A DNA stretch of 64,000 nucleotides from a virus. The DNA lies in IMG/VR virus record IMGVR_UViG_3300024955_000001, positions 1 to 64,000 of that record. One strand, written 5' to 3'. The notes beneath the pieces are model-generated. The model searched no databases. It was not told the DNA's origin and was given only the letters and a program-made list of their open reading frames with translations. The translations under genes were made by a program, and so were the position numbers. Below are positions 44,176 through 51,964 of this stretch, in pieces; position 1 is the first letter of the stretch; each line of letters begins with the position of its first letter.

Positions 44176-44774
44176 GCCTTGGTCCCTTCACGAAAAACGG
44201 CGTCTTCGGGGCCGGTGAAGCCCAACAGATCCTGCTGGCGCGCGTCCAGCTTCCCTTGCAGCAAATCGCGCATGGATTTCAGCTCGCGGCCCTGCGCCTC
44301 CACCTTGGCCGCCAGCTCGGTCGCCAGATAGAGGTGCTGGTTGGTGCTGTTGATGAGGATGGCCTGCCCCGCAGAGCCCACGGACAGCATGGACAGGGCA
44401 CGGTCCTCGTCCGGCGTCAGGTGGAGCACGACATCGGGGACGCCCTTGCGGCCCGTGATTTCGATCATCACGTAGCCGCTATCCAGGATCGTCTTGCTGA
44501 TGTTGCGCTTTGGCGGGTAAGTCTCCACCAGCTCGTAAATGCCACGCAGCAGGCGCTTGAGGCGGTTGTCATCGACCAGCGCGCGCAGGCGGTCGTCCAC
44601 GATGGACAGTTTCAGCCCGGTGAGCTCGGCCACCGTCTCGCGCGTGGCGATCTGATCCACACTCCGCAGGTCGCGCACCGCGCAGTACACGCGCTCCGTG
44701 CTCGGGATCGGCTTCGTGGGCTCGATGGGCTCAGCCCCTGGGGTGGCAATCTGTTGCTGGGTGGTTTCGGTCAT
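44172..44774 (-). CDS. Hypothetical protein
   Basis: ORF 44172..44816 trimmed to ATG 44774. Confidence 0.6.
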   Translation of the reverse strand: MTETTQQQIATPGAEPIEPTKPIPSTERVYCAVRDLRSVDQIATRETVAELTGLKLSIVDDRLRALVDDNRLKRLLRGIYELVETYPPKRNISKTILDSGYVMIEITGRKGVPDVVLHLTPDEDRALSMLSVGSAGQAILINSTNQHLYLATELAAKVEAQGRELKSMRDLLQGKLDARQQDLLGFTGPEDAVFREGTKA

Positions 44775-45301
44775 GCTTCCTCGTCTTCGGTGAACTGCGG
44801 GATTCCTGCGGGCCAAAGGCCCATGGTGTTGAGCTGGTGGCGGGTCTGGGCAGCCATGGCGCGGCCCAGTGCCACATGCGCCTCACGGCCACCGGTCACC
44901 AGGCGGTACTGGTCGAAAGCAACGTGGCAGCCCTCGATGCCGGGGCGGGTGCAGCACAGGGGCATGGCGCGGCGGTCGTCCACCTTCTGGCCTTTGCCCT
45001 TGCCCGCGTTCTCGTGGGCGTGCTGGCTGTAGCCTGCGACCTGGCAGTGCGCGCACGGCAGGCTGGCCACGGCGCGGCGGTATTTCTCGCTGCGCAGCGG
45101 GGTGTCTTTGAGCACGGGAGTGGAGCAGGCGACCGCGCAGGCAATCACCGAAGCTCGCGGAGTGGCCGAAGCCATGGCGCGCGCTGCGCGTTCTTCCAGG
45201 CGCTGGTCCCGAAGCATGAAGACCGATGGACCTAGGGAACGGGTCTTGAATATCGTGCGGGCCATGGCCGTGCGCTTGAGGGGGGTACGACGGGTCAGCA
45301 C
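44771..45301 (-). CDS. YbcO-like (DUF1364-type) putative nuclease, nin-region protein
   Basis: YRRAVASLPCAHCQVAGYSQHAH..PLCCTRPGIEGCHVAFD is a Cys/His pattern. Confidence 0.55.
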   Translation of the reverse strand: MLTRRTPLKRTAMARTIFKTRSLGPSVFMLRDQRLEERAARAMASATPRASVIACAVACSTPVLKDTPLRSEKYRRAVASLPCAHCQVAGYSQHAHENAGKGKGQKVDDRRAMPLCCTRPGIEGCHVAFDQYRLVTGGREAHVALGRAMAAQTRHQLNTMGLWPAGIPQFTEDEEA

Positions 45302-45552
45302 GGCACACCCCCATCGGACAGGGCATCTGCCTCCAGCTCGCGTTCGGCCAGGGCCACCACGTCACCGGCAATCTGACGGCGGTACCGCACGGTGGCCGTG
45401 AGCAGGTAGCGGCGCTGGGCGGGCGTGAGCGCCTGGGCATCGGGCAGCGCGGCGCGTGCTGCCATGTCCTTGGCGAAGCGCTTGGTACCGATGCCGGGCT
45501 TGAAGCAGCACGCGGCCAGAGCGCGGGCCAGGGTCTTCTCGTTCTCTGTCAC
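45295..45552 (-). CDS. Hypothetical protein
   Basis: ORF 45295..45600 trimmed to GTG 45552 (GTGA overlap, GGAAGGAG RBS). Confidence 0.55.
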   Translation of the reverse strand: MTENEKTLARALAACCFKPGIGTKRFAKDMAARAALPDAQALTPAQRRYLLTATVRYRRQIAGDVVALAERELEADALSDGGVPC

Positions 45553-45881
45553 CGGGTGGCTCCTTCCAAGCGGCGGTTGTTGGCGTTCTCGCTGCGCCAC
45601 ACCTCAACACGGAGCTGTGCGGCGGTCAGGCGCCAGCGCAGTGCTTCCTCCACGCGCACGGCCTCGCGCAGGCCTTCGAGCAGCGCGATGTATTCGGGGT
45701 GGCTGTAGGCGTACTGCTCGCGGGCCGCCACGGCTTTTTCCTGGCAGGCGTTCATCAGCAGCGCCTTCTTGCTCTTGCGGAAGTGCTCCAGGTGCACGCG
45801 GTCGGCCTTGGCCTGGGCGTATTTGCGCGAGTGCTCGATGAGGAAATCGACGGCGCGCTGTGGGTCCACGGTTTCGCTCAT
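45549..45881 (-). CDS. Hypothetical helical protein
   Basis: 110-codon ORF coupled on both sides. Confidence 0.6.
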   Translation of the reverse strand: MSETVDPQRAVDFLIEHSRKYAQAKADRVHLEHFRKSKKALLMNACQEKAVAAREQYAYSHPEYIALLEGLREAVRVEEALRWRLTAAQLRVEVWRSENANNRRLEGATR

Positions 45882-46261
45882 CGGCGGCCCCTCCAGTCCT
45901 GGCCCGTAACCTTGCGAAGGTGGGCCATGTGGTCTTTGGGATTGAGGCGCGGGGCGCGATACACGAGGGGGCTGATCGGCTTCAACTCGGTGAAGTGCAA
46001 TCCGTTCACGAACCCCAACAAATCCCGTTCGCCATCGGTCAGCGCATCGCGGTCGCGCACTTGGAGGACTCGCACCAGGGCTACCCCGTCCTCGTCACGC
46101 GTGAATTCGGCGATGGCAGTACGGTCCACCTCGCGGGCCATGTCCACGGCAAGTTGCGGCGGGATGACCAGAACAAAGGGCTTACGCGGCGCACGTAGCT
46201 CCGCTTCAATGAGTTCCCGCATGTGGTCGATGGCCTCGATGACAGTGAACTCGTCATTCAT
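45878..46261 (-). CDS. Hypothetical protein
   Basis: ORF 45878..46417 trimmed to ATG 46261 (MNDEFTVIEAIDH..). Confidence 0.55.
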   Translation of the reverse strand: MNDEFTVIEAIDHMRELIEAELRAPRKPFVLVIPPQLAVDMAREVDRTAIAEFTRDEDGVALVRVLQVRDRDALTDGERDLLGFVNGLHFTELKPISPLVYRAPRLNPKDHMAHLRKVTGQDWRGRR

Positions 46262-46484
46262 GACCGACCTCCGCGAACAGATCCAGGGTCTGCGGGTCCG
46301 GGCGGCGAAGGCCCGCGCTCGGACGCCCCAGGCGCAGCACGCCCGACTTCTTGCGCGCCAGCTCCAGCAAGCCAGCCTTGCGCGCGCAGGTGGGCCCAAT
46401 GGGCAGAGCGCCGACAAACACAGCGGCGGCCAGCATGGGGCGATTGCAGAAAGCGCACTTCACCGGGCGCTCCTGTATGGCCAC
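46254..46484 (-). CDS. Hypothetical small protein
   Basis: 76-codon ORF (MAIQERPVKCAFCNRPM..). Confidence 0.5.
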   Translation of the reverse strand: MAIQERPVKCAFCNRPMLAAAVFVGALPIGPTCARKAGLLELARKKSGVLRLGRPSAGLRRPDPQTLDLFAEVGHE

Positions 46485-46888
46485 GCCACCATGGCCGCAT
46501 CGCGCTCATGCTGGTTGCTGCTGTGCGTCCAGCCCGTGTAGACGGCGAAGTTCTCGGCCCCGCGCTTCGGGCCCTTGGCCGTTGGGCTGATGCCGTGCGC
46601 CGGCACACCCAGCTCACTGCACACCTCCGTAATGAGGCGGCACCATGCATCGACCTGCCCCAGGCTGCGCGCGGTGGCCAGCGCTGCGCCGTAGGCACCC
46701 TTGGTGCGCGCGTTCCAGGTGCGAGTCTCCAGGCGCGAGTCCTCAAAGACCACGCGCGCAGGCATCATTTCGCGGATCGTGCGCTCGATCTCCACTGGCT
46801 TGATGGTGTCCAGGTGCACGAGCTGGCCGTCCACAAAATGCGCCACGCCCGTGCTGGCGCCGGGGTCCATGCCAAGAATCAGGCTCAT
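46460..46888 (-). CDS. RuvC-like Holliday-junction resolvase
   Basis: N-terminus MSLILGMDPGASTGVA, with acidic residues spaced as in the RuvC fold. Confidence 0.7.
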   Translation of the reverse strand: MSLILGMDPGASTGVAHFVDGQLVHLDTIKPVEIERTIREMMPARVVFEDSRLETRTWNARTKGAYGAALATARSLGQVDAWCRLITEVCSELGVPAHGISPTAKGPKRGAENFAVYTGWTHSSNQHERDAAMVAWPYRSAR

Positions 46889-47421
46889 GGGCGGCCTCCT
46901 GCGATCAGGGCAGAAAACAGCCCGTTGTCCGCACGCACCGCGATGGATTCACCCCGGCGATACTTGCTCAACACCGAAGTGCTCACCCCCAGTTCCTCGG
47001 CCAGCTCAACGCCGGTCTTCTTGCTCGTCTGCACGTACAGGATCTGCTCCGGGTTCAGGAGAGCCCGCTGGCGCCCTATCGCCCGATTCGCAAGGATGCG
47101 ATTTGTCTGCCCCTTCAACTTACCTGTGCGCTGCAGCCAGGCGCCATAGTCGGCCACCTTTGTGCACTTGATGTGTGCCGGGTTGCAGCAGGCAAGCTCA
47201 TCGCAGGTACCAAACACGCGATAGCCCTCCGGCACGGCCTGCTCGTTGAGGCAATGCCATACCGCGCGCATGCCGCACTGGGTCCGCATTCCTCCATCGG
47301 CGCGGGTGTAGTCCGGCGCGTAGATATTGGGGCGGCCGTCATGGCGCAGAGCGCCGCGCCACAGCCAGTGCCCGTCCTCAGTGATGACGCAGCGGCCCTT
47401 GATCTCTTCAATGGTTCTCAC
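46885..47421 (-). CDS. Degenerate HNH_3-like zinc module plus C-terminal HTH (possible regulator)
   Basis: GHWLWRG...VFGTCDELACCNPAHI (catalytic His position replaced). HTH reads GVELAEELGVSTSVLSKYRRG. Confidence 0.55.
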   Translation of the reverse strand: MRTIEEIKGRCVITEDGHWLWRGALRHDGRPNIYAPDYTRADGGMRTQCGMRAVWHCLNEQAVPEGYRVFGTCDELACCNPAHIKCTKVADYGAWLQRTGKLKGQTNRILANRAIGRQRALLNPEQILYVQTSKKTGVELAEELGVSTSVLSKYRRGESIAVRADNGLFSALIAGGRP

Positions 47422-47747
47422 TGTGCACCGCCCTTCTCGCGGGCGAAGCGCAACTTGCCCAGCACGTTGCGCTCCAGCTTGCCGTGGCGGATCAGCGCCT
47501 GCACGTGGAAGTCGGCCGCACCGTCCGACACCCAGCCGAAGTGCTCACGGATGCACTTGATGGTCGGCAACTGATCGTTCTCAGCGAAGAATTCGCGTGC
47601 GTATGCCAGCACATCCAGGTTGCGAGGCGTTGGCTGGCCGTCCGGCGCACGACGGCCCGGTGGCTTGGCCTTGCCTCGCAACGGGGCCTTACCGCGCAGC
47701 GTGGCAGCGATGGCGTTGGCCTCCTGCATGAAATTGCTCACTGCCAT
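47418..47747 (-). CDS. LexA-N-terminal-like winged-helix protein
   Basis: LDVLAYAREFFAENDQLPTIKCIREHFGWVSDGAADFHVQALIRHGKLER. Confidence 0.55.
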   Translation of the reverse strand: MAVSNFMQEANAIAATLRGKAPLRGKAKPPGRRAPDGQPTPRNLDVLAYAREFFAENDQLPTIKCIREHFGWVSDGAADFHVQALIRHGKLERNVLGKLRFAREKGGAQ

Positions 47748-48208
47748 GCTGCCCGCCCTTCCAGGCCCAGGGCCTGGCGTGCGCTCTGCAGCGTGAACGG
47801 CAGGATCTTGTCTCCGGCCTCGGCGCGCTGAACGATGGTGCGGGCCCAGCCCTTCTCGTCGGCCTTGGGCGCCAGCGCCTGCTTGAGTTCCAGTTGCTTT
47901 GCCACCTGCGCCGACACCACCGCCTCATCCGCCTTGGGCGCGGGCAGCGCCTTGAACACGGGCGGTGGGCACAGGTTGGCGATCTTCTTGAGCTGGCCCA
48001 CGTTCGTAGGGCAGCGCTCCGGCAGGTGGCGCAGGGCGTACCGAAGCGGCTCCAGGTTGTTGGCGTAGCCGCTCAGTTCCTCGGCCCAGTCGGCTTTGAC
48101 GAATGCCATGTCCATGCCATCCCACTGGCGCAGCCACTCGTGGCCATAGCGCACAGTGAGCTTGTCGAAAATGGCGTCGATGACGACCATGAATTCAGGG
48201 CTTGTCAT
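47738..48208 (-). CDS. Lambda P-like replication (helicase-loader) protein
   Basis: IDAIFDKLTVRYGHEWLRQW..VKADWAEEL..NVGQLKKIANLC resembles the N-terminal part of lambda P. Position directly after the O-like gene. Confidence 0.55.
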   Translation of the reverse strand: MTSPEFMVVIDAIFDKLTVRYGHEWLRQWDGMDMAFVKADWAEELSGYANNLEPLRYALRHLPERCPTNVGQLKKIANLCPPPVFKALPAPKADEAVVSAQVAKQLELKQALAPKADEKGWARTIVQRAEAGDKILPFTLQSARQALGLEGRAAWQ

Positions 48209-49260
48209 GCTGCTGCTCCTTCAATGCGCGGCGCGGCCTCGCGCGCCTGAACGTCGATGACCGGCCCTCCAGCCATGAAGCGCTGGGCAGCCTCAAAGCC
48301 GCTCTCTGCGCCGGGGGCCTTGCGGGCAACGCCCGGGGCGACTTCCTCCATGCGCTGGCGGGCAGCGCGCTGGGCAAAGGTTTCGGTGGGTGCGTCAGGC
48401 GCTGGGGGCCCACCAGCGGTGCCGGTTTGGCACTGGGTTGCCCACTTCTCTGCGTCCGACAGCAGCAGCTTTACGGGGTGCATCTGCTTGACCACGAAAG
48501 GCTCCTGCACCTTGGCGACGTAGTGGTAAGCCACGCGGGGGGCGCGCTCGACGCCCACGCGGTCGATGAACTGGCTCACCTGACCGGCCACGGTGGCATT
48601 CCACACGGGCCATGCGCCGTAGCGGGTGTGGTACGCGATGGCGTAGGCGCACCATGCGTCGTGGGTTTTGGTCTTGCTGCCGGGGTAGCGCAGATCGGCA
48701 GGGATTTCATGGACGACACCCTTCTTGTCCGTCACCCGCATCGGCTCGACCACGGCGTCAGCCTTGGTCGTAATATTCTTTGTAGTAGTCTTTGTAGTAG
48801 TCTTTGTATCTATACAGTCATCGGTGCAATTTGCACTGATCGATTGGTGCAACTTGCCCTGTTCCATCGGTGCAGATTGCCCTGTTCCATTGGTGCAATT
48901 TGCACCGATGCATTGGTGCAAATTGCCCGCTTCCATCAGTGCAATTTGCGCGTAGTCGATGGTGTAGTAGTTGGTCCGGTCGCGGCCGACTTCGGACAGC
49001 TTTTCGACCTTCACCAGCCCCTTGGATTTGAGGGCGGCAAGCGTGCGCTTGATCGTGTCTTGCGACCAAAATGGGAACTGCTCGTGCCAGCGCTCCAGGG
49101 AGTTGAAAACCCAGCGGCTACCGGCGTGCTCAACCCCGCCACCCTTCTTCTTGATCCAGTAGTGGATCTGCTGGAGCACGATGGCCTCATTCAAGCCGAT
49201 GAGGGCCGCGAGCTTGCGGTTCACCAGCAGGATTTCGTCTTTGCTGAACAAAAGGCTCAT
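48205..49260 (-). CDS. Lambda O-like replication initiator (winged-helix N-terminus) with the origin inside its coding region
   Basis: N-terminus LLVNRKLAALIGLNEAIVLQQIHYWI..WSQDTIKRTLAALKSKGLV. Contains the iterons and an AT-rich tract. Confidence 0.75.
   Translation of the reverse strand: MSLLFSKDEILLVNRKLAALIGLNEAIVLQQIHYWIKKKGGGVEHAGSRWVFNSLERWHEQFPFWSQDTIKRTLAALKSKGLVKVEKLSEVGRDRTNYYTIDYAQIALMEAGNLHQCIGANCTNGTGQSAPMEQGKLHQSISANCTDDCIDTKTTTKTTTKNITTKADAVVEPMRVTDKKGVVHEIPADLRYPGSKTKTHDAWCAYAIAYHTRYGAWPVWNATVAGQVSQFIDRVGVERAPRVAYHYVAKVQEPFVVKQMHPVKLLLSDAEKWATQCQTGTAGGPPAPDAPTETFAQRAARQRMEEVAPGVARKAPGAESGFEAAQRFMAGGPVIDVQAREAAPRIEGAAA
48771..48951. repeat. Origin of replication: AT-rich tract with 12-bp tandem repeat plus six 23-bp-phased iterons
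   Basis: TCTTTGTAGTAG repeated about 2.7 times (48777-48808). Iterons GGTGCAAnTTGCnC start at 48823, 48846, 48869, 48892, 48915 and 48938. Confidence 0.8.
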
Positions 49261-49266
49261 CAGTCC

Positions 49267-49458
49267 CTACCCCCGCACCACGGCGCGGCGTCCGCCCTGG
49301 CGGCTCACAGCCAGCTCGCGCCCGTGCTGTGCAGCCTGCAGAGCACGCGCCGCGTGGTGCTCCGGCGTGTCAGCCAGCGCGGAATGTGTGTTGGTGTGCC
49401 CTACGCGGCGAAAGCCGGGCGGTTGATTCAAGGGCTTTGCGCGGTTCCAGAGGCTCAT
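49267..49458 (-). CDS. Hypothetical small protein
   Basis: 63-codon ORF with ATGA coupling to the upstream gene. Composition is only moderately protein-like. Confidence 0.35.
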   Translation of the reverse strand: MSLWNRAKPLNQPPGFRRVGHTNTHSALADTPEHHAARALQAAQHGRELAVSRQGGRRAVVRG

Positions 49459-49874
49459 CAGCGCCCTCCGATTTCGCGGCCCGCAAATGGCACTGCCATC
49501 TGCTCACGAATGTCCATAGCATCAGCGTCATGCAATGCTTTTTCAGCCGCCATCAACGTGTAGGTTTTGCCATGCACCCATGCGTAGGCGCAGTCGCGCA
49601 GCGCTGCGGAGGCCTCCTGGTGGCGCATGGCCGCCTTGCGGGAGAACAGCTCTGCGGTGCCTTCGTCCAGCCAGGTCTTGATGGGGGTGTCCAGCTTGCC
49701 CATGGGGCCGTGGGGGCGTCCACGGGCAAACACTGGCCCATCTTGGGCTTCGGCGTCGAGGTGTTCCTCAACGTCCGCGAGAACGCGAGTCACGCCATCG
49801 GGGGGGAGCTGGGCCAGCAGTGCGCGGATCTGGTCCGCAATGTCCTGCTCTTGGCGGTTCAAGGAGTCGGCCAT
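49458..49874 (-). CDS. Hypothetical early protein (cII position)
   Basis: 138-codon ORF immediately after the cro-like gene. Confidence 0.6.
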   Translation of the reverse strand: MADSLNRQEQDIADQIRALLAQLPPDGVTRVLADVEEHLDAEAQDGPVFARGRPHGPMGKLDTPIKTWLDEGTAELFSRKAAMRHQEASAALRDCAYAWVHGKTYTLMAAEKALHDADAMDIREQMAVPFAGREIGGR

Positions 49875-50147
49875 TTACGCGGCCTCCTTCGCTTGTGTGG
49901 CGGCTCCGTTGCGCAAGTACGCCCAATCGACATCAGGGTGCAAGCGCTCGCACTGAACTCCGGTCAGGCGCTCAATGAACGGGCACATTTCTGCTGGCGC
50001 TCGCTGATCGCGGTTGACCCAGTTCCAAACCCGAGCCTGGGAAACCGGGCTGGGCGCCAGTGCTGACAGCTTTTCGGCCAGCGCAGATTGACCGCCAGCG
50101 AGCTTCACCGCTTCGATCAATGCATCAACAGGTGTTGTGTTACTCAT
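49875..50147 (-). CDS. cro: Cro/YdaS-like HTH repressor
   Basis: AVKLAGGQSALAEKLSALAPSPVSQARVWNWVNR. Divergent from cI. Confidence 0.75.
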   Translation of the reverse strand: MSNTTPVDALIEAVKLAGGQSALAEKLSALAPSPVSQARVWNWVNRDQRAPAEMCPFIERLTGVQCERLHPDVDWAYLRNGAATQAKEAA

Positions 50148-50203
50148 CCCTTGAGAATAACACTTGTTGATTTAGGCATCAACCCTTGTTTTCAACATTT
50201 GTT
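50125..50203. promoter_or_regulatory. OR-like operator cluster: four TCAAC-N3-TGTT sites
   Basis: Sites at 50125-50136, 50159-50170 (reverse orientation), 50179-50190 and 50192-50203. Confidence 0.6.
50154..50182 (-). promoter_or_regulatory. PR-like promoter (TTGATG-17-TATTCT) giving an essentially leaderless cro mRNA
   Basis: -35 at 50177-50182 and -10 at 50154-50159. Only 6 nt separate the -10 from ATG 50147. Confidence 0.5.
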
Positions 50204-50216
50204 TTAGGCTAGAGCA

Positions 50217-50975
50217 ATGAAATTCGGAGAGCGGCTGGATGCAGCCTTAAAACACTTGGGTTGGGGCCCTTCTGACCTTGCGGGCCGCACCTCCGTTGCT
50301 ATGCCGACGATCAGCGCGATAACTACGCGCGGCAGTGACAGGACAAACTACAAGGAGGATCTGATTCGCGGCTTCCCTGCGGACAAGATCAGCCATGAAT
50401 GGCTGCGCTCAGAGTTGGGCAGCATGATCCCCGCTGCCGCGCTGGATTCACAAGGAGTGGCCACCAACATCCTTGCTCCAGCACCAGCACCTCACGAGGC
50501 TCCGTCTGGAGCACCGGGCGCCCCTCCTGATTTGGTCATCGCCGAGTACGATACGGGTGGCGGCATGGACACCACCGGGCGCCTGATGCTGGACGACCAG
50601 CCAGGCATCATCAAGAGTTGGCGCGTGTCTCACGATTGGCTGCGCCTGAATGTTCCATCCCATACTGGCGTTCGCAACCTCTGCATCGTTACTGGCTTTG
50701 GGCCATCCATGCGGCCCATGTTCAACCCCGGCGACCCGCTGCTGGTGGACATTGGCGTGAAGACCGTGACCCACGAGGGCGTATATTTCTTCCGCGTCGG
50801 TGACGAAGGGTTTATCAAAATGATCCAGCGTGTGCCAGACCCTCATGGGGACGGCGTGATGCTGAATATCATTTCCAAGAACCCGGACTACCCCCCTTAC
50901 CCTATGTCACCCAAGAATCCGCATTTCGAGATTTTGGGCAAGGTACTGACGGTGTGGCGCAGCGAACAGTATTGA
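50217..50975 (+). CDS. cI: CI-like repressor, HTH plus S24 (LexA-type) autopeptidase
   Basis: N-terminal HTH. C-terminus VTGFGPSMRPMFNPGDPLLVD..EGFIKMIQR provides the Ser/Lys dyad. Confidence 0.88.
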   Translation: MKFGERLDAALKHLGWGPSDLAGRTSVAMPTISAITTRGSDRTNYKEDLIRGFPADKISHEWLRSELGSMIPAAALDSQGVATNILAPAPAPHEAPSGAPGAPPDLVIAEYDTGGGMDTTGRLMLDDQPGIIKSWRVSHDWLRLNVPSHTGVRNLCIVTGFGPSMRPMFNPGDPLLVDIGVKTVTHEGVYFFRVGDEGFIKMIQRVPDPHGDGVMLNIISKNPDYPPYPMSPKNPHFEILGKVLTVWRSEQY

Positions 50976-51265
50976 GCCTGGCAAAACCGACACTCATGCT
51001 GTTCGCTGTGCTTTGCGCATGGCCACAGATGGCTGGCGCAAGAACAGAGCGCGACCGTTCCCAGGTGCGCGCGTTCCGCGCCGAGCACCCGTGCCCAGCC
51101 ACTGGCCGCACGCGCGGCGCCTGTCCGGGGTGGCATGTGGATCATGTGATTGCGCTATGTGCTGGAGGTGCTGACAGGCCCAACAACATGCAGTGGATCA
51201 CGAGAGAGGACCACCGCTTTAAGACCTTGGTAGATGTGAGAGAGTGCCGAAAAGACCGCCGATAG
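50972..51265 (+). CDS. Small HNH endonuclease with an N-terminal signal peptide, co-oriented with cI
   Basis: TTG 50972 (TTGA overlap with the cI stop) or ATG 50996. Signal LAKPTLMLFAVLCAWPQMAGA. HNH core GWHVDHVIALCAGGADRPNNMQWITREDHRFKT. Confidence 0.7.
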   Translation: MSLAKPTLMLFAVLCAWPQMAGARTERDRSQVRAFRAEHPCPATGRTRGACPGWHVDHVIALCAGGADRPNNMQWITREDHRFKTLVDVRECRKDRR

Positions 51266-51299
51266 GCGCCCAGAGGCCCACAACTCGTTGCCACAACAC

Positions 51300-51322
51300 A
51301 ACCGCCCGTGAGGCGGTTTTTT
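51300..51322 (+). terminator. Rho-independent terminator of the immunity operon
   Basis: AACCGCC-CGTGA-GGCGGTT-TTTTG. Confidence 0.8.
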
Positions 51323-51363
51323 GTTGCCCGTCTGAGCCGATAGTTTCCCGAAATTCAATGAAA

Positions 51364-51415
51364 TCAACGAATGTTAAAAACACTTGTTGACCGCACAATC
51401 AACACTTGTTATATT
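51364..51415 (+). promoter_or_regulatory. PL-like promoter (TTGACC-17-TATATT) overlapped by three TCAAC-N3-TGTT operators
   Basis: -35 at 51387-51392 and -10 at 51410-51415. Operators at 51364-51375, 51379-51390 (reverse orientation) and 51399-51410. Confidence 0.65.
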
Positions 51416-51421
51416 TCGCCT

Positions 51422-51964
51422 ACGCCGTCAACAACGGCTCAGGTGGGTGGATCGGCGCACACCGGAGGCTCTTTCAAAAAATGCACGCCGATGTTGCTGG
51501 CCCCACCTGCGGGGCCTTCGTCCGGCGAAAGAGCACCTTCGGGCATGGGCCGAAGCTATGCGCCGCCGAGATCCGAGGCGGTTCCCAGTCCGCCGAAGCG
51601 CGGTAAACGGGATGGGAACCCCGCAAGGGGCTGACACCACGGAAACGGTGCTGCATGTTGATGCAGCGACACGGCTACCAGATGCCGGGATGCCCTCGCA
51701 AGAGGGCCATCACGCAGGTGGATTGGAGCAATGTGACTCGCCGCAGGATCAAGCGGAAAGAGAGCACCAGCCCACCGTCGTGATGGCGCCGCCATCAATC
51801 CATACGGGCAAAAGCCACTTCACAAACTTTGGACGGTGCGTGAATCCCCCGGCGAGTAGCCCACCCATTCCTCCCTTTGACAACAGAACCAGTGCATGCC
51901 CTGCGGGCAGGTCATGCGCGGGGTTTGTTGCCGCCTGCCCCAGCGGCGTTTGACAAGGAACCAT
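51422..51964 (+). ncRNA. ~540-nt hairpin-rich untranslated leader (candidate cis-antiterminator or structured RNA)
   Basis: No ORF here has convincing codon bias. BoxA-like GCTCTTTCAAAA at 51468-51479. Hairpins:
- 51499-51516.
- 51537-51555.
- 51619-51630 (CCCC-GCAA-GGGG).
- 51651-51666.
- 51692-51707 (GCCCTC-GCAA-GAGGGC).
- 51782-51796.
- 51894-51917. Confidence 0.4.

Noticed and set aside
51384-51953. A 189-aa plus-strand ORF spanning the PL-proximal leader.
   Set aside because: It starts inside the operator and promoter, has many A/T-ending codons unlike neighbouring genes, and is Arg/Pro-rich in its first half. It is treated as non-coding, although two shorter internal ORFs are flagged in the finding.
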